From the NCBI GenBank assembly GCA_043228905.1, contig JBHGNT010000007.1:7006001-7070000 (forward strand): a stretch of DNA of 64,000 bases, read 5' to 3'. Positions 1 to 11,873 of the stretch are shown here, one piece after another (the first letter of the stretch is position 1; each line of letters begins with the position of its first letter). The position numbers and the translations under genes are program-made. The notes under the pieces were generated by a model that made no database searches, was not told the DNA's origin, and saw only the letters and a program-made list of their open reading frames with translations. This DNA is from Azolla caroliniana. Taxonomy: Eukaryota > Plantae > Polypodiophyta.

Positions 1-3000
1 ACGACCACATGCTCGACTACATTCGAGAAGTTGAAACGCCGAAGGAAGTGTGGGCTACACCTTAAAGATCAAGGAGCTTTGTGATGCACTTGGCTCGATA
101 AACGTTAATGTGGATGATGATGAGATGGTGCAAATATGCCTCGGTGGCCTTGCACCACACCACGGTTCGGCGCGATGAAGACCATTGTACTAGCACCAGA
201 GAATCCTCCCTCTTTCTTCAATCTTCAATCCATGTTGTTGGTTGAAGAAAACCATATTCGAAAAAGGAGCAACGCCTCGGAAGGCCACATGCTCTACACG
301 CATTCGAACGGAGGAAGAGGACGCGACCGAGCAAAAGACCGATTCAGCCAAGGACGAGGCGGACGAGGTCCGACCTACAAACACAACTCCCAATTTCGGC
401 ATCAAGATAGAAGCCATCAAGGAACCTTCGGAAGAAGGAGAGCTTCCATTCCGGTTCGAGTCAACAAAACTCGATCGAATGCGGATATTGCGACAAAATC
501 AGTCACCACGAAGAAGAGTGCCGAAAGAAGATGCGTGAGTCGGCTTCCACTAGCCGACAACTCACCAATTACGCCACCAACTCCGACTATAAAGGTCATG
601 GCGGAATGTTTGTAATGAGACATAGAGCAAATTCTATGTTGGCCTCTACTTCGACTAATGCCTCCAATCCGGAAGATGTATGGTTCGTCGACTCCAGTGC
701 TTCAAACCATATGACGTCCCATCAAGAATGGTTCAAAGACCTTTGAGAGCCGTATCGACCTGGTTATGTCGAAACCGGAGATGACACCACTCATCCAATT
801 CGACATGTCGTCAATGTCCCATTCGGGAAAGAAGGTGAACAAACTTGCATAAAAAATGTCTTACATGTACCCACCACAACGAATAATTTTGTCTCGGTCG
901 GCCAAATTGTGGAGCAAGGGATGCAAGTTCGATTCAACCAAGGTGGTTGCTTCATCGAGAAGGAAGGTTAACTAATTGCTCGTGGTCGAAGGGAAGGCCG
1001 AATGTTTATCCTCGAAGCGAACGAGATAAAATCGACCATGTTTGCAAAGGGCCTCAAACCCAACACCGACATAGAGCTATGACATAAAAGAATCAACCAT
1101 ATCAATCTCAATAAACTCAAGGCGATGCAATCGAAAATAGTCGTCATTGGGCTCCCGAACTTCAAAGAGAAAGAGATTGAAGGAGTATGTGAAGCATGCC
1201 AATTCGGCAAGCAACATCGGTGCCCGTTCCCAAAGGAGTGGAATGTGAGTAAAGGCCTATTGGACATAGTCCACTCAAATGTGTGGGGACCGGCACAGAC
1301 GGCCACTTTGGAGGATGTCGGTACTATGTTACCTTGATTGACGACTTCTCTAGATACACATGGATCTTTCCCATGAGGATGAAGAGCGAAGTGTTTTTTC
1401 ACACTTCCAAAAATTCATAAGCGAAGTCGAAAAGACAACCGGGTGCCATGTATGATGTCTTCGGTCAGACGGAGGTAAGGAATACTTCTCAGATGCATTC
1501 ACGACATACCTTCTTCAAGAAGGAATTCAACGAGAATTCACTTGCCGACACACACCGCAACAGAATGGTGTAGCCGAACGCAAGAATCGACACATCCTCG
1601 AAGTAGCACGGACCATGCTCAACGAGAAGCATATGCCCAAATCATATTGCCAGGCAGAAGCTACAAATACCGCTGTCTACCTCATGAACCATTGCACAAC
1701 ATCCGGAGTGCATGAGGTCACCCCACACAAAAATACTATGGGAAGAAGTCAGATCTATCCCATGTAAGGATATTCGGCTCCATTGCATACGTGCACATTC
1801 TCGATGAGAAGCGGCAGAAGCTTGACCCAAAATCAGAGAAGTGCATCCTCGTGGGGTAGTCACTTGAACAAAAGGGGTACAAAGTGCTTCATTCAACCCA
1901 TCTACTCGGAAGGCTCGTGTAAGTCGGGATGTCGTCTTTGACGAATCGACATCATGGTACAAACCCAAGCCAAATCCTCCCGAACGACCTCGACAACATA
2001 GAAGACAATGATCAACTAAGGTCAATACTCGAAGAGAGTCCGACCTCAACCAGATTGAGCGGACCACAAGAGCCTCCAAGCAACCAAAGCATATCTCGGC
2101 CAAGTCCAAAGATGGACAAAGGGAAGGCAAAAATGTAGGAATATGAAGACAATCACTTCGACTCACTCACTCAATAGTGAGTTCGATGGCTTTGATGTGC
2201 CTCTTATGAGGTCACCTAGAGTTAAGAAAGCACTCACATTGGCAAATGAGAAACTCCGTCGCTCCACTCGAGAGAAGAATCCGGTTAGCCGATTTGGCTA
2301 CAACAACTATATGGCATATCATTATGCCTTTATGATGAAGGTAGCAGCAGTTCGTGAACCGGAGAGATTAGCCAAAGCCGCTAAAGATCTACGATGGGTC
2401 GAAGCAATGAACGAGGAGATGCAAGCTCTCAACAAGAATGAGACATGGGATCTTGTCTCTCAGTCACTGCACAAGAAGGGAATCGGTTGCAGATGGATAT
2501 ACAAAGTGAAGTATAATACTAATGGTTTCGTCAACCGCTAGAAAGCTCGACTCGTAACAAAGGGCTACGCACAAACACAGGGAGTCGACTATGAAGAGAC
2601 CTTTGCCCTGATGGCAAAGATGACAACCGTGCAGACTATGATAGCGCTTGTTGAAACGAAAGGGTGGCACCTCCACCAGATGCATGTCAAGAACGCCTTT
2701 CTTCAAGGCGAATTAGAAGAGGAGGTGTACATGGTACAACCACCCGGCTTCGAATCCAAAAATTCATTCGAAAGTCGTTTGCCAACTCAAGAAGCCTCTC
2801 TACTCCCTTCAAGCAAGCACCACGTGCTTGGCACTCAAAGATAAGACAATATCTTCATCGAATAAGCTTCTGAATGTCAAAATACGACAATTCTCTCTAT
2901 GTAAGAAGCGATTCCGAAAGTGTGATTGTCATCATCCTATACGTGGATGATCTAGTCATTGGAGGTGAGCATCTAGTCGACATCAACAAGGTCAAGTCCC

Positions 3001-4018
3001 TCCTCTCCAGCAAATTCGAGATGACGGACATGAAAGAGCTCCATTAATTCCTTGGCATTGAGGTAATCTGGACTCCAACCAAAATAATGATCTCTCAACG
3101 ACACTCCATCCTCAACTTGTTGTACAAGTTCGGGATGATCGAGTGCAAATTTGTGGCAACCCTTCTCGATCGAAACCTCAAACTGGATGCCGACTCCGGC
3201 ACCACAGAGTGTGAGCCGACTTAGTATCGACAACTGATCGGGAGCCTCATTTACCTCACGATTACTCGACCCGACCTGAGCTATTCGGTCGGTCTCCTTA
3301 GCCAATTCATGCAAACTCCACGAGATATCCATTTGGATTGTGTTAAGCGAGTGCTACGATATGTGAATGGAATGATGAACTATGGCATTCTCTATAAGTC
3401 GGTCACGCCAATTCAATTCGAAGGGTACATAGATGCCGACTAGGCTGGCTACAAATCCGATCGACGATCAACCTCTGGTTTCGTCTTGTCCCTCAAAAGT
3501 GGAGCCATCTCTTGGAGTAGCAAGAAGCAACCAACTGTCGCTCTTTCGAGCACAGAGGCCGAATACAAGGGCGCGGCGATGGTTGCATGTGAAGCCATAT
3601 GGCTCAAGAGGATATTGAAGGATCTGGGCGTTCCCGTCAAAGATCAGATTCCCCTTTACTGCGACAACATGAGGAATATTCATTTGGCTCTGAACCCGGT
3701 GTTCCACGCATGCATGAATCATATCGAAGTGCAATATCACTTCATTCGAGAGCGTGTTAAGACTGGAGATGTCGACCTTCAACACATCAACACGAATATT
3801 TAGACAACCGATATCTTCACCAAAGCCCTAGGACTAACAAGCTTCGGCAAGTCATGTCAAACTTTGGATTGATGATCCCTGACTTGCCAAGCTTGAGGGG
3901 GAGTATGTCCGAACCGGGTATCAGTCGAAGCGAACACCGAACAGAGAGAACCGAATACTGTTCAAATCGGGTACCAGTTGAAGCGGACAAGCCGACCAAA
4001 GTTGAGCTTGAGGAGGCA
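1..4018 (+). mobile_element. Decayed Ty1/copia LTR retrotransposon, internal gag-pol region (5' part outside window)
   Basis: Fragmented ORFs carry protease WFVDSSASNHM, integrase CEACQFGK and QQNGVAERKNR, RT WIYKVK and YVDD, and RNase [21 protein letters not shown], in copia order. There are many stops and frameshifts. PPT-like gcttgaggaggca lies just before 4019. Confidence 0.95.
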
Positions 4019-4326
4019 TGTTGAGAATCAAGCTCAACCTAGCCTATTGTGTGAACACACCCTTGAGAGTGTATGAACACTCAAAGGTCAATAGTCACAT
4101 CACTACTCTTTACACATTAATTATGTGTCATAGAATCATATTCTATGACACATAACTAATGAGTTTCCACATTCCCCATGACTCATGAGCTTCGGTAGTT
4201 ACTGAAGAGAGAGAGTGACTATGTAAAGCACTCTTCTCCTACTTTGTAATATGTTGGTTAATCTCCTTTGTAATATACAATCTTCTTGTGTATTTTCTAT
4301 TATCGATCTTGTGTTCCTCTCCTCTC

Positions 4327-4393
<67 letters not shown>

Positions 4394-4400
4394 ACACACA
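4019..4400 (+). repeat. 3' LTR of the decayed copia (right end approximate; ends in (CT)n(CA)n microsatellite)
   Basis: Starts TGTTGAGAATCAAGCTCAAC directly after the PPT, nearly identical to the first 20 nt of the intact copia LTR at 41606. The end cannot be fixed because the 5' LTR is outside the window. Confidence 0.6.
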
Positions 4401-4529
4401 TCTCTAACCTATTCTGCTGCACAAGAATCACTATCGATTCTTTACATGTTCAAAAGCAAGCTCATCAAGTCTATGTGCAAGATATAAACTTCAAGATAAA
4501 GAATCTGCTTTTCCTTATTGTGTTTTAGG

Positions 4530-5148
4530 CCATTATGTAATCTTGAAATAAAAAAGAGTGAGAAACTATGCCTAATGAGCTTGCCTTTTATTTTGAACTC
4601 GACCATTCTAAAAGTATGTAAGTTTTTCTAATCACTATATACTACGATTTCATGAGATACTTCTAAACATTGATGTCATTGCTCAAAGGAATTAACAATA
4701 GCCAAGAGTTCTTTATCATGAACGTCATAGTTGATCTTAGTATCGTTGAAATTTTGTGAGTGAAAAAATACTATATGCAATTGTCCACCGTCTCCTAACT
4801 ATTATAGGACACTCCCAACAACAAAATCCAATGCATAAACTTCAATTGGAAATGGTATACTTAAATCAACATAAGCTAGAATAAGTGAAGATGTAAATGC
4901 TCATTTAAGATTGATAAATGTTTCTTTTTTGCCTCGGTAGACCAAACAAATGGTTAATTTTTCCATTTACGTTGTATAAGAGGTAAAGCAATCCTCATGT
5001 ATTTGCGATACAAATTCGCAAATCCTAAACAACATTGGACATTCCACATAGAACATGGGGATCGCCAATCTAGAATAGTTTGAACTTGAATTGGATCTTG
5101 AGATACCATTACATGAAGTGACATAGCCCAAGAATTCTACATGGTTCC
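4530..5148 (-). mobile_element. Decayed Ty3/gypsy RT-RNase H fragment
   Basis: Minus-strand translation gives VEFLGYV (RT C-terminal part, ~5120-5140) and KINYDVHDKELLAIVNS (gypsy RNase H, ~4690-4740). Confidence 0.75.
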
Positions 5149-5399
5149 TAGCAATGGGCATGGTTTCGGCTCAAACTGAACTGAATCGTTAAGCCATGGT
5201 TTAATGATTTATTAGTTCCAAAAAATTTAATCGTTTGGATTTTTTATAAACGGTTCGGTTTGGTTCTAAAACTCGGGTTTATAGGTTTATAAGTTTGGTT
5301 TAAAGGTTTATAGGTTAACTTTTTTTTTACCTTAATAGTTTATTAGTTTAATGGTTTAATTAATGGTTTTTTATTGATTTAAGTAATTGAACTTAAATG

Positions 5400-5548
5400 T
5401 TGATACCATGGCGGTGGTACGGGACACCGATCAAGGCTCGAGCTAGTCTTGATCCCTTCGTTTGGCGTGGTCGAGTGGATCAACACCCTTCGTTGTCTCT
5501 CTTTTTCTTTACTATCTATCATTTATTTCCTTATTTCATGCTTACATT
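5400..5548 (+). repeat. LTR fragment of the chromovirus family at 31783-40511
   Basis: gggacaccgatcaaggctcgag...gatcccttcg...gtggatcaacaccct...atgcttacatt is the reverse complement of about 31800-31935. Confidence 0.75.
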
Positions 5549-6296
5549 CGAAAGAATCTCTAACATTTGAACCTGAATGTTTCGTCCAAATCACAAATCT
5601 CTTTAAATAGGTTTCACGTTGAAATGAATGAAGAACACTTGGTGCACATCCGTGATCATGGAATGTATGCAAGCTATATGTCCTCTTATGAGTCCAAATG
5701 TATACATAATATAGTTCATAATTACAATGGTTTGCGGTACCATGTTCCTTAAGGTCATGGGTTTGTGATTAAGATGAAACATTATGGCAATCATGACATA
5801 AACAACAAAAACTCAACAAAACGGATGCACAATGCATACTAATTTTTAATATATAAAACTGTCTCTAAGGGATAAAAAACTACAATGAGACCAAGTTCAA
5901 AAAAACATATACTATCAACAAATAAAAGGTAAAAGTTAAAACAATGTCTCACTCTAGATGAATTAGAGTATCTAATAAAACAAGAACAAAAAGTATCCCC
6001 AAAAACTCAATGGACATAGTTGCAACTAACGAAGGTAGTGATGCCCACAATGTTGGGTTATTGCACACAAAGGTGTTGATGGAGGAAGCAAAGCGGGTCA
6101 AAATCATGCTCTCAAGGTTGAACTCTACATTCACTTTAATTCCGAAAATAGACATACACATAAAGTGTGTGGCTAGATAGTTCCAATCCATTGCTCAAAC
6201 ATAACATATAAATCACATCCATTAACCTCTAATATATTCTCCATTTATGATAACAAGTGGTGATCCAAACATCCTAGTCCTTCCTCATGTGTCCAT

Positions 6297-6710
6297 TGAA
6301 TTTAGTTGTGTTGGCTTAGAGTATGATCCGGAGGGTTAATGTGTACAAGGACGAGTCAGAGAATAATATTATAATTAGAAGCATAATTATTAGTTAGGAA
6401 ATATTATAGGAATGGACGGATTCGAATAGTTGTACCGATCTGGATCCACACCGATCGATAGCCAGTAGCCGGTCCGACACCGTTTTGTATTTCCTACCAG
6501 ATGCCTATAAATGGATCTAGAATCGATGTAAATGAGGAACAGAAGTAATATGAGATTAGTGTCCGGTTTTAATTCTATTGTGTCTCTGTGTACTTGCCGT
6601 TATGCACTTCAATTGTTAATCTTACGCTTTGTTATAACTAATTTGTTGTGTCTTAACAATTCGGAACGTAACCGGAATTAGTCGGATCGGAATTGGATAG
6701 CCAGATAACA
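6297..6710 (+). mobile_element. Solo LTR, 414 bp
   Basis: TG...CA termini flanked by a perfect 5-bp TSD, TCCAT (6292-6296 and 6711-6715). Internal TATA-like cctataaat at ~6505 gives the orientation. Confidence 0.75.
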
Positions 6711-6862
6711 TCCATCCCTGTGGTGAAGTGTTCCGGAAAGGACACCTATGTTTGAGGCTAAGGCCAACCCAAAGTAAAAAAAAGAAACATTTATGGAAGA
6801 AAACAATAAATATATAAGGAACTAAGACTAGCCTTGGAAAAAATGCATCCCAATGCAAAAAC

Positions 6863-7713
6863 TGTTGAAGAAGAGAACATTTGAATGGGTTCCAAGGGGT
6901 GCACGAACCTTCTAAGAGCGTGTTTAACAAACAAGTGTGCGTGTGTGTGTGTGTGTGTGTGGATTTGACCGCTTCTTGCTCACACCTACCCAACATAGTA
7001 GTAACACGAGTTCAACAAATATTGAGACTAACAAATATTTGTACAACAAATACTAGATTGAAAACAACACAAGTTTGATTACAACAAGAAAGCCTTTTTA
7101 ACATAGGGTATATAACAGTAAGATCATAAAAGAAAGGAGAAATGATCTAGGAGGAAGTCTTTGAGTTTCGGTGACCTCATCTTTTGTCATCGTGGATTTC
7201 CATTCCCTCATCCACGTCTTCCTCCTATTGGAGTGACTCCTTTGTTCAACTCTTCCAACGATGAAAACCCTAAAAAAATATCCCAACGATGGATAAGAAG
7301 AAGAAGAAGTGTACCCCACTAACCCTAAGATAACCCAAGTACGAAGCGAGCCCAATCCCCACTCTCACGCCCCCACAAGAAAACCCTCAAAGATCGAAGA
7401 GAAGATGAAGAAGAAAACTTCTCCCAATAGCACCCAAGAACCCAAAATGCTTTGGCTCCCAAAACCCATTGAACCCCAAACAAAATAAGCCCTCCCCTCC
7501 CCTTTACATAGTGAGAGAAGAGGCTCATTCCCACCCCTTTTGATCGAAATGCAAGTGCCAAGTTTCAAACCTTGTACCCTCTCCCGGCCTTAACCATTAG
7601 GCTACTAACCTTTTATTATTGTAGCATTCTTTTAATACAAACATATCTTATGGTTGGCCCTTCTCCCTCCCTTTTCTTCTTAATCCTCCGTTGAAACTCG
7701 CCACGTCACGACG
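6863..7713 (-). repeat. Probable old LTR-derived sequence, boundaries uncertain
   Basis: Architecture resembles the LTRs at 49920 and 53954: (GT)n, aaaccctaa, (GAA)n, pyrimidine tract and a tcacgac end. No TSD was found. Confidence 0.3.
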
Positions 7714-7776
7714 CCGATGCTCAAGAGCACAATCCACTGAAAAAACCAAAGTAGATGGAGCAACAATGCTCACGAT

Positions 7777-7980
7777 CATAAGCAATATATTGAATCGATA
7801 TGCGGATTACTTGGGTTCGGCACGGGATTGGTGATGCCACCTTGGCGAAGGAAGGATGCATGCATGCATCCGATGGATGGGATGGGAATGCTTATGAACA
7901 TAAGCAATAACGAATCGATATGCGGATTATTCAAGTTTGATACAAATCTAGTGATGCCAGCTTGGTGAAGGGAAGGGGTA
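7777..7980. repeat. Diverged ~122-bp tandem duplication
   Basis: cataagcaata...gaatcgatatgcggatta...gtgatgcca.cttgg.gaagg occurs at 7777 and 7899. Confidence 0.75.
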
Positions 7981-7986
7981 AGTGAT

Positions 7987-8380
7987 GGGCTCAATTGTAG
8001 GGCTAGAGGATGCAATGGATGGGCTTTGTGGGTAGGAATCGGCAACGGTTCGATTTCAACTTAACCGCTTTGGCCTTGTCCAAACCTGAACCGAACCAGT
8101 TCCTAAACCGGTTTAGCCAAGCTGATTAAGCCTTAACCAGCGTGGTAACAAGTTTAGGTTTAACCAGTTTGAGCAATCCCGAGCTCGGGCTCAATTGTAG
8201 GGCTAGAGGATGCAATGGATGGGCTTTGTGGGTAGGAATCGGCAACAGTTCGATTTCAACTTAACCGCTTTGGCCTTGTCCAAACCTGAACCGAACCAGT
8301 TCCTAAACCGGTTTAGCCAAGCCGATTAAGCCTTAACCGGCGTGGTAACAAGTTTAGGTTTAACCAGTTTGAGCAATCCC
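7987..8380. repeat. Near-perfect 200-bp tandem duplication containing hAT/MITE-like cggttcg/cgaaccg motifs
   Basis: gggctcaattgtaggg...gagcaatccc at 7987 and 8187, with about 3 mismatches. Confidence 0.9.
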
Positions 8381-8440
8381 AAACCGAGCTCAAACCGATT
8401 AAGGATGCTCAAGCCTAAACCGAACCGTCAAACCTCAAAA

Positions 8441-8549
8441 GTGTGTGTGTGTGTGTGTGTGTTTTGGGGCCGAGGGTAGGAACTGGAATTTTGTAAAAAC
8501 TCAGACGAAAGGGAAGGAAGTAAAGACGCTGTCTGTCTGTCTGTCTGTG

Positions 8550-8587
<38 letters not shown>
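8441..8587. repeat. (GT)n, (CTGT)n and (GA)n microsatellites in the MYB promoter/5' region
   Basis: Simple repeats are directly visible. A telo-box (ttagggttt) lies at ~8658. Confidence 0.85.
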
Positions 8588-8589
<2 letters not shown>

Positions 8590-10368
8590 ATCCATCCATC
8601 CATAGACAGATATTTTGCTCTTCTTTGTTCTCCTCTATCCATCCATCTCTCTGTTTTTTAGGGTTTACTTGGACATACAGAGAAGAAAGAAAGAAAGAAA
8701 GAAAGACGCAGAGCGCGCTCCCTCCCTCCCCTTTTTCTGGCTTCCATGGCGACCTTCCTGCATCCCAAATGGTCCTACCACACCTCTCTCGACGCGAATT
8801 AAGACCCCCCCCCCCCCAAATTCCCCTCCGTGTCGTGATCCCACCCCATCTTCCGTTTTGTTTCCGATCGGTGGAATTTAGACAGTATCTGCGTCTACTT
8901 CTATTCTTCTTCCCTTCTTCCCTTCCCCTTTTGACCATTCAAATATTCAGAGATCAGTGAGAATCTCCTTTGTTTTTCTTATGTTCACTCATCTGTAACA
9001 AGAGGCTACCTCCCGCTTTTTCCTAATGATTGATCATTCTGACATCGGAGATCTTTTGTGCTTTTCTTGTGAGTAACTCTTAAGAGTTTAACGTTTTTCT
9101 TCCGGGCTTACGCATGATTGCTCCTCAGTCCATCCGATATTTTCGGTGCTTTTGTATGAATTGCTTATTCATCAGAGCGCAGCGATTTTCATTGCTTTCC
9201 TATGTGATTGCTCATCAGAAAAAAAGACTTTTCGGGGCTTTTTTATGACTAATTATCAACAAATAGGGATTTATTCCGTGCCTTTGTACGTTTCTTCATC
9301 AGCAATCAGACATTTGATGAAGTAGCTGAAGCGTTGATGCCATGTTGTAGATAGCAAAACGATAATTTTGGCTCAGAAGATTACAATCAGGTATGAATCT
9401 GCTTTTTTACCTGAAGATTGTAGAAGAATAGCATGCAGCTCTTGAAATCTCTGACAAAATGATTGTATTGATCGTAGCCTGTATCTTTAGAGGAGTATGG
9501 ACAGAATGAATCATATTTTTGCTGATGAGCTCAATAGTGTTTGAAATCCTTAATTTTCTGGTTCTAAATTTGAACAGTCCACGGGAATAGCATACATATT
9601 TGCTTTGGATGACAAGAATTTCTGGGATTTTCTTACACTTAGAAATGAGTATGGATAGCCTAACTTACAGTTGTACTAACAAAAATATTCATGCTTAAAT
9701 GTTTACTTTCTGATAATTGTTATTTGAAGAGTTTTGAGGAATAGTATGCAGTTTTGCCTCAGAAGGCATGCATTTGTATATTTGATTATGTACAGGAATG
9801 ATAAACACAATGGGGTTTTACTCATACTTGAACTTGAGAGACGGACATGTTAGAGAAAGATATGTTTGTGTTCACCCAGCTTAAATCTTTAGGTTACTAT
9901 GGATAGCATAAAATGATAACGGTTCTTCTGAAGAATGTAAACACGTTTATGAGTCTATATTTCCTTGGTTCTTTTTTTCTATACTGTAAGTGTATTGTAG
10001 AGGTTGGTGCTCATTGCCGGCTGAATGCATGTGGAAATATGTCTTAATATCTTTTGATGGAATGTTTAATTCACTGCATGAATTTATGATTTAGCATAAC
10101 ATAGATAGCTTAAATGACATTTCTGCTTGAATGTATGAAGAAAGACATGTTTTGAGGAACTTTTGTCTCACTACTGTTTTGGCTATATGCATGTAGTTAT
10201 TGTTTGTTTGCATACTTATAGAGTGTGTTTTCACGTTTGTACACATTATTGACTGATAGTAATATTTGTTTCCTGAAATTCAGATAATGCTTATGTTTAT
10301 AACTCAGGTCTCTCTGCCCATATTTGCAGGTGAATTTCAGTACTATTTTTCTATTGTTGTGCTGTGAA

Positions 10369-11873
10369 ATGAGTACAATATCTCCAAGCCCATCGACAAC
10401 ATCATCTACCAGTAGCCCTGAGTCTCCATCAGATGCTCCATACAGTGCAGAAGATTCAGATATATGGACAAGACATCAAGAAAATCTCTTTGAGAATGCA
10501 TTATCTGTTCACGATCTAGATATTCCAGAGCGATGGGAAAATATTGCGGCTTTGGTTCCAGGTAAAGATGCATGCGCAGTTAAGAGACACTATGAGTTGT
10601 TGGTGGAGGATGTGAAGAACATTGATTTAGGAATTATAAATCTCCCTGCATATCCAAAATCAGTAGAAAATAGATTAGATTGTTCTGCTGAGAGCTCTTA
10701 TGTAAAGAATGGCGTGGTGGGCGATGGATCTTCTAATGGATCTAGTGGAAACAGTGGCGGTGGAAAGGTTGGGAACAATAAAGCATCAGATCAAGAAAGG
10801 AAGAAGGGGATACCTTGGACAGAGGAGGAACACAGGTGAATCTTCCTTTCTCTTTCCTTGTGTTGTGTGCATGTTGTGATACTTTAATTTGGTTTCATAT
10901 GCTATTCTATCCTTATTGTTACATCAGAGTTCTGGGTTTCCATAGTTCTAACGGCTCTTTCCGTATCTCATATATCTTAGGTATTTAAACAGGGCTAATG
11001 TCTGTGAATGGCATTTAATGGAACAAGAGTACACTTTTCTTGCATTGAAGGAGTGATGTCTATTCACATGAATACATGCATGCATGATGTATGTATGTAT
11101 GTATATATGCATGTATTTGTTATAGCATCAATATATAAAAGGTTTGATATGTTTTATAAACTCTCCAAACATGGACGTCACATTTATATTTAGTTAACTT
11201 GGACATTAAAGTGGAGAAGAACCAGATAGAAGCGATTGGAGAAAGGAATGTATTCCTGTGTAGAATAACCACATTTGGTTGACTTCCAACACATGAATAT
11301 TTGAAGCACATATTTGCGAGTATTAAAACTGTATATTTTTTTTTGTTATGACCTTTGATTGTTAGAACGTTTATTTAGAAGCCGAATAAACATCATTGAC
11401 TATATTGAATGTACAATTATGGAGCACCCTTATAAGTCACTGGGATGGGCACTTAGGGCTGGGCTTTTGTGTTCCCTTTGGATAACTGGTAGAAATGCAG
11501 CTAATCTTCAACATGAAATCATCATTTCCGTTATTGCTAGTTAACTACAGTCATCAAAGTTTTTGTATTTTTACATGCTATTTTCTTGTGTTGTTTAAAA
11601 GTCTGAACTAGCATTCATGAGTATAATGTTTACATTATCTTAAACTGACATGATGTGGTCACTGATTACTGTTATTTCATGTGATGTACAAGGCTATTCT
11701 TGCTAGGGTTGGACAAGTTTGGAAAGGGAGATTGGCGAAATATCTCTAGAAATTTAGTTGTTTCAAGAACTCCAACGCAAGTTGCAAGCCATGCCCAGAA
11801 GTATTTCATTCGACTCAATTCTTTAAACAAGGAGAGGAGGAGATCAAGCATTCATGACATCACAAGTGTTTAA
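10369..11873 (+). CDS. DIVARICATA-like two-repeat MYB/SANT transcription factor (SHAQKYF class), 215 aa, 2 coding exons
   Basis: Exon 10369-10835: MSTISP...[13 protein letters not shown]...[12 protein letters not shown]...HYELLVEDV...[15 protein letters not shown]. Intron is GT..AG. Exon 11693-11873: [41 protein letters not shown]...[12 protein letters not shown]. Total 648 nt, in frame. A probable 5'UTR intron lies at 9391-10329. Confidence 0.92.

Noticed and set aside
5149-5400. hAT-like end (tagcaatgggc, ggttcggtttggtt) with telomere-like ggtttata repeats
   Set aside because: No matching second terminus or TSD was found, and the repeats are too degenerate to call telomeric.
8415-8960. ORFs of 75-171 aa upstream of the MYB gene
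   Set aside because: They are translations of microsatellites and pyrimidine tracts in the promoter/5'UTR, with no domain signal.
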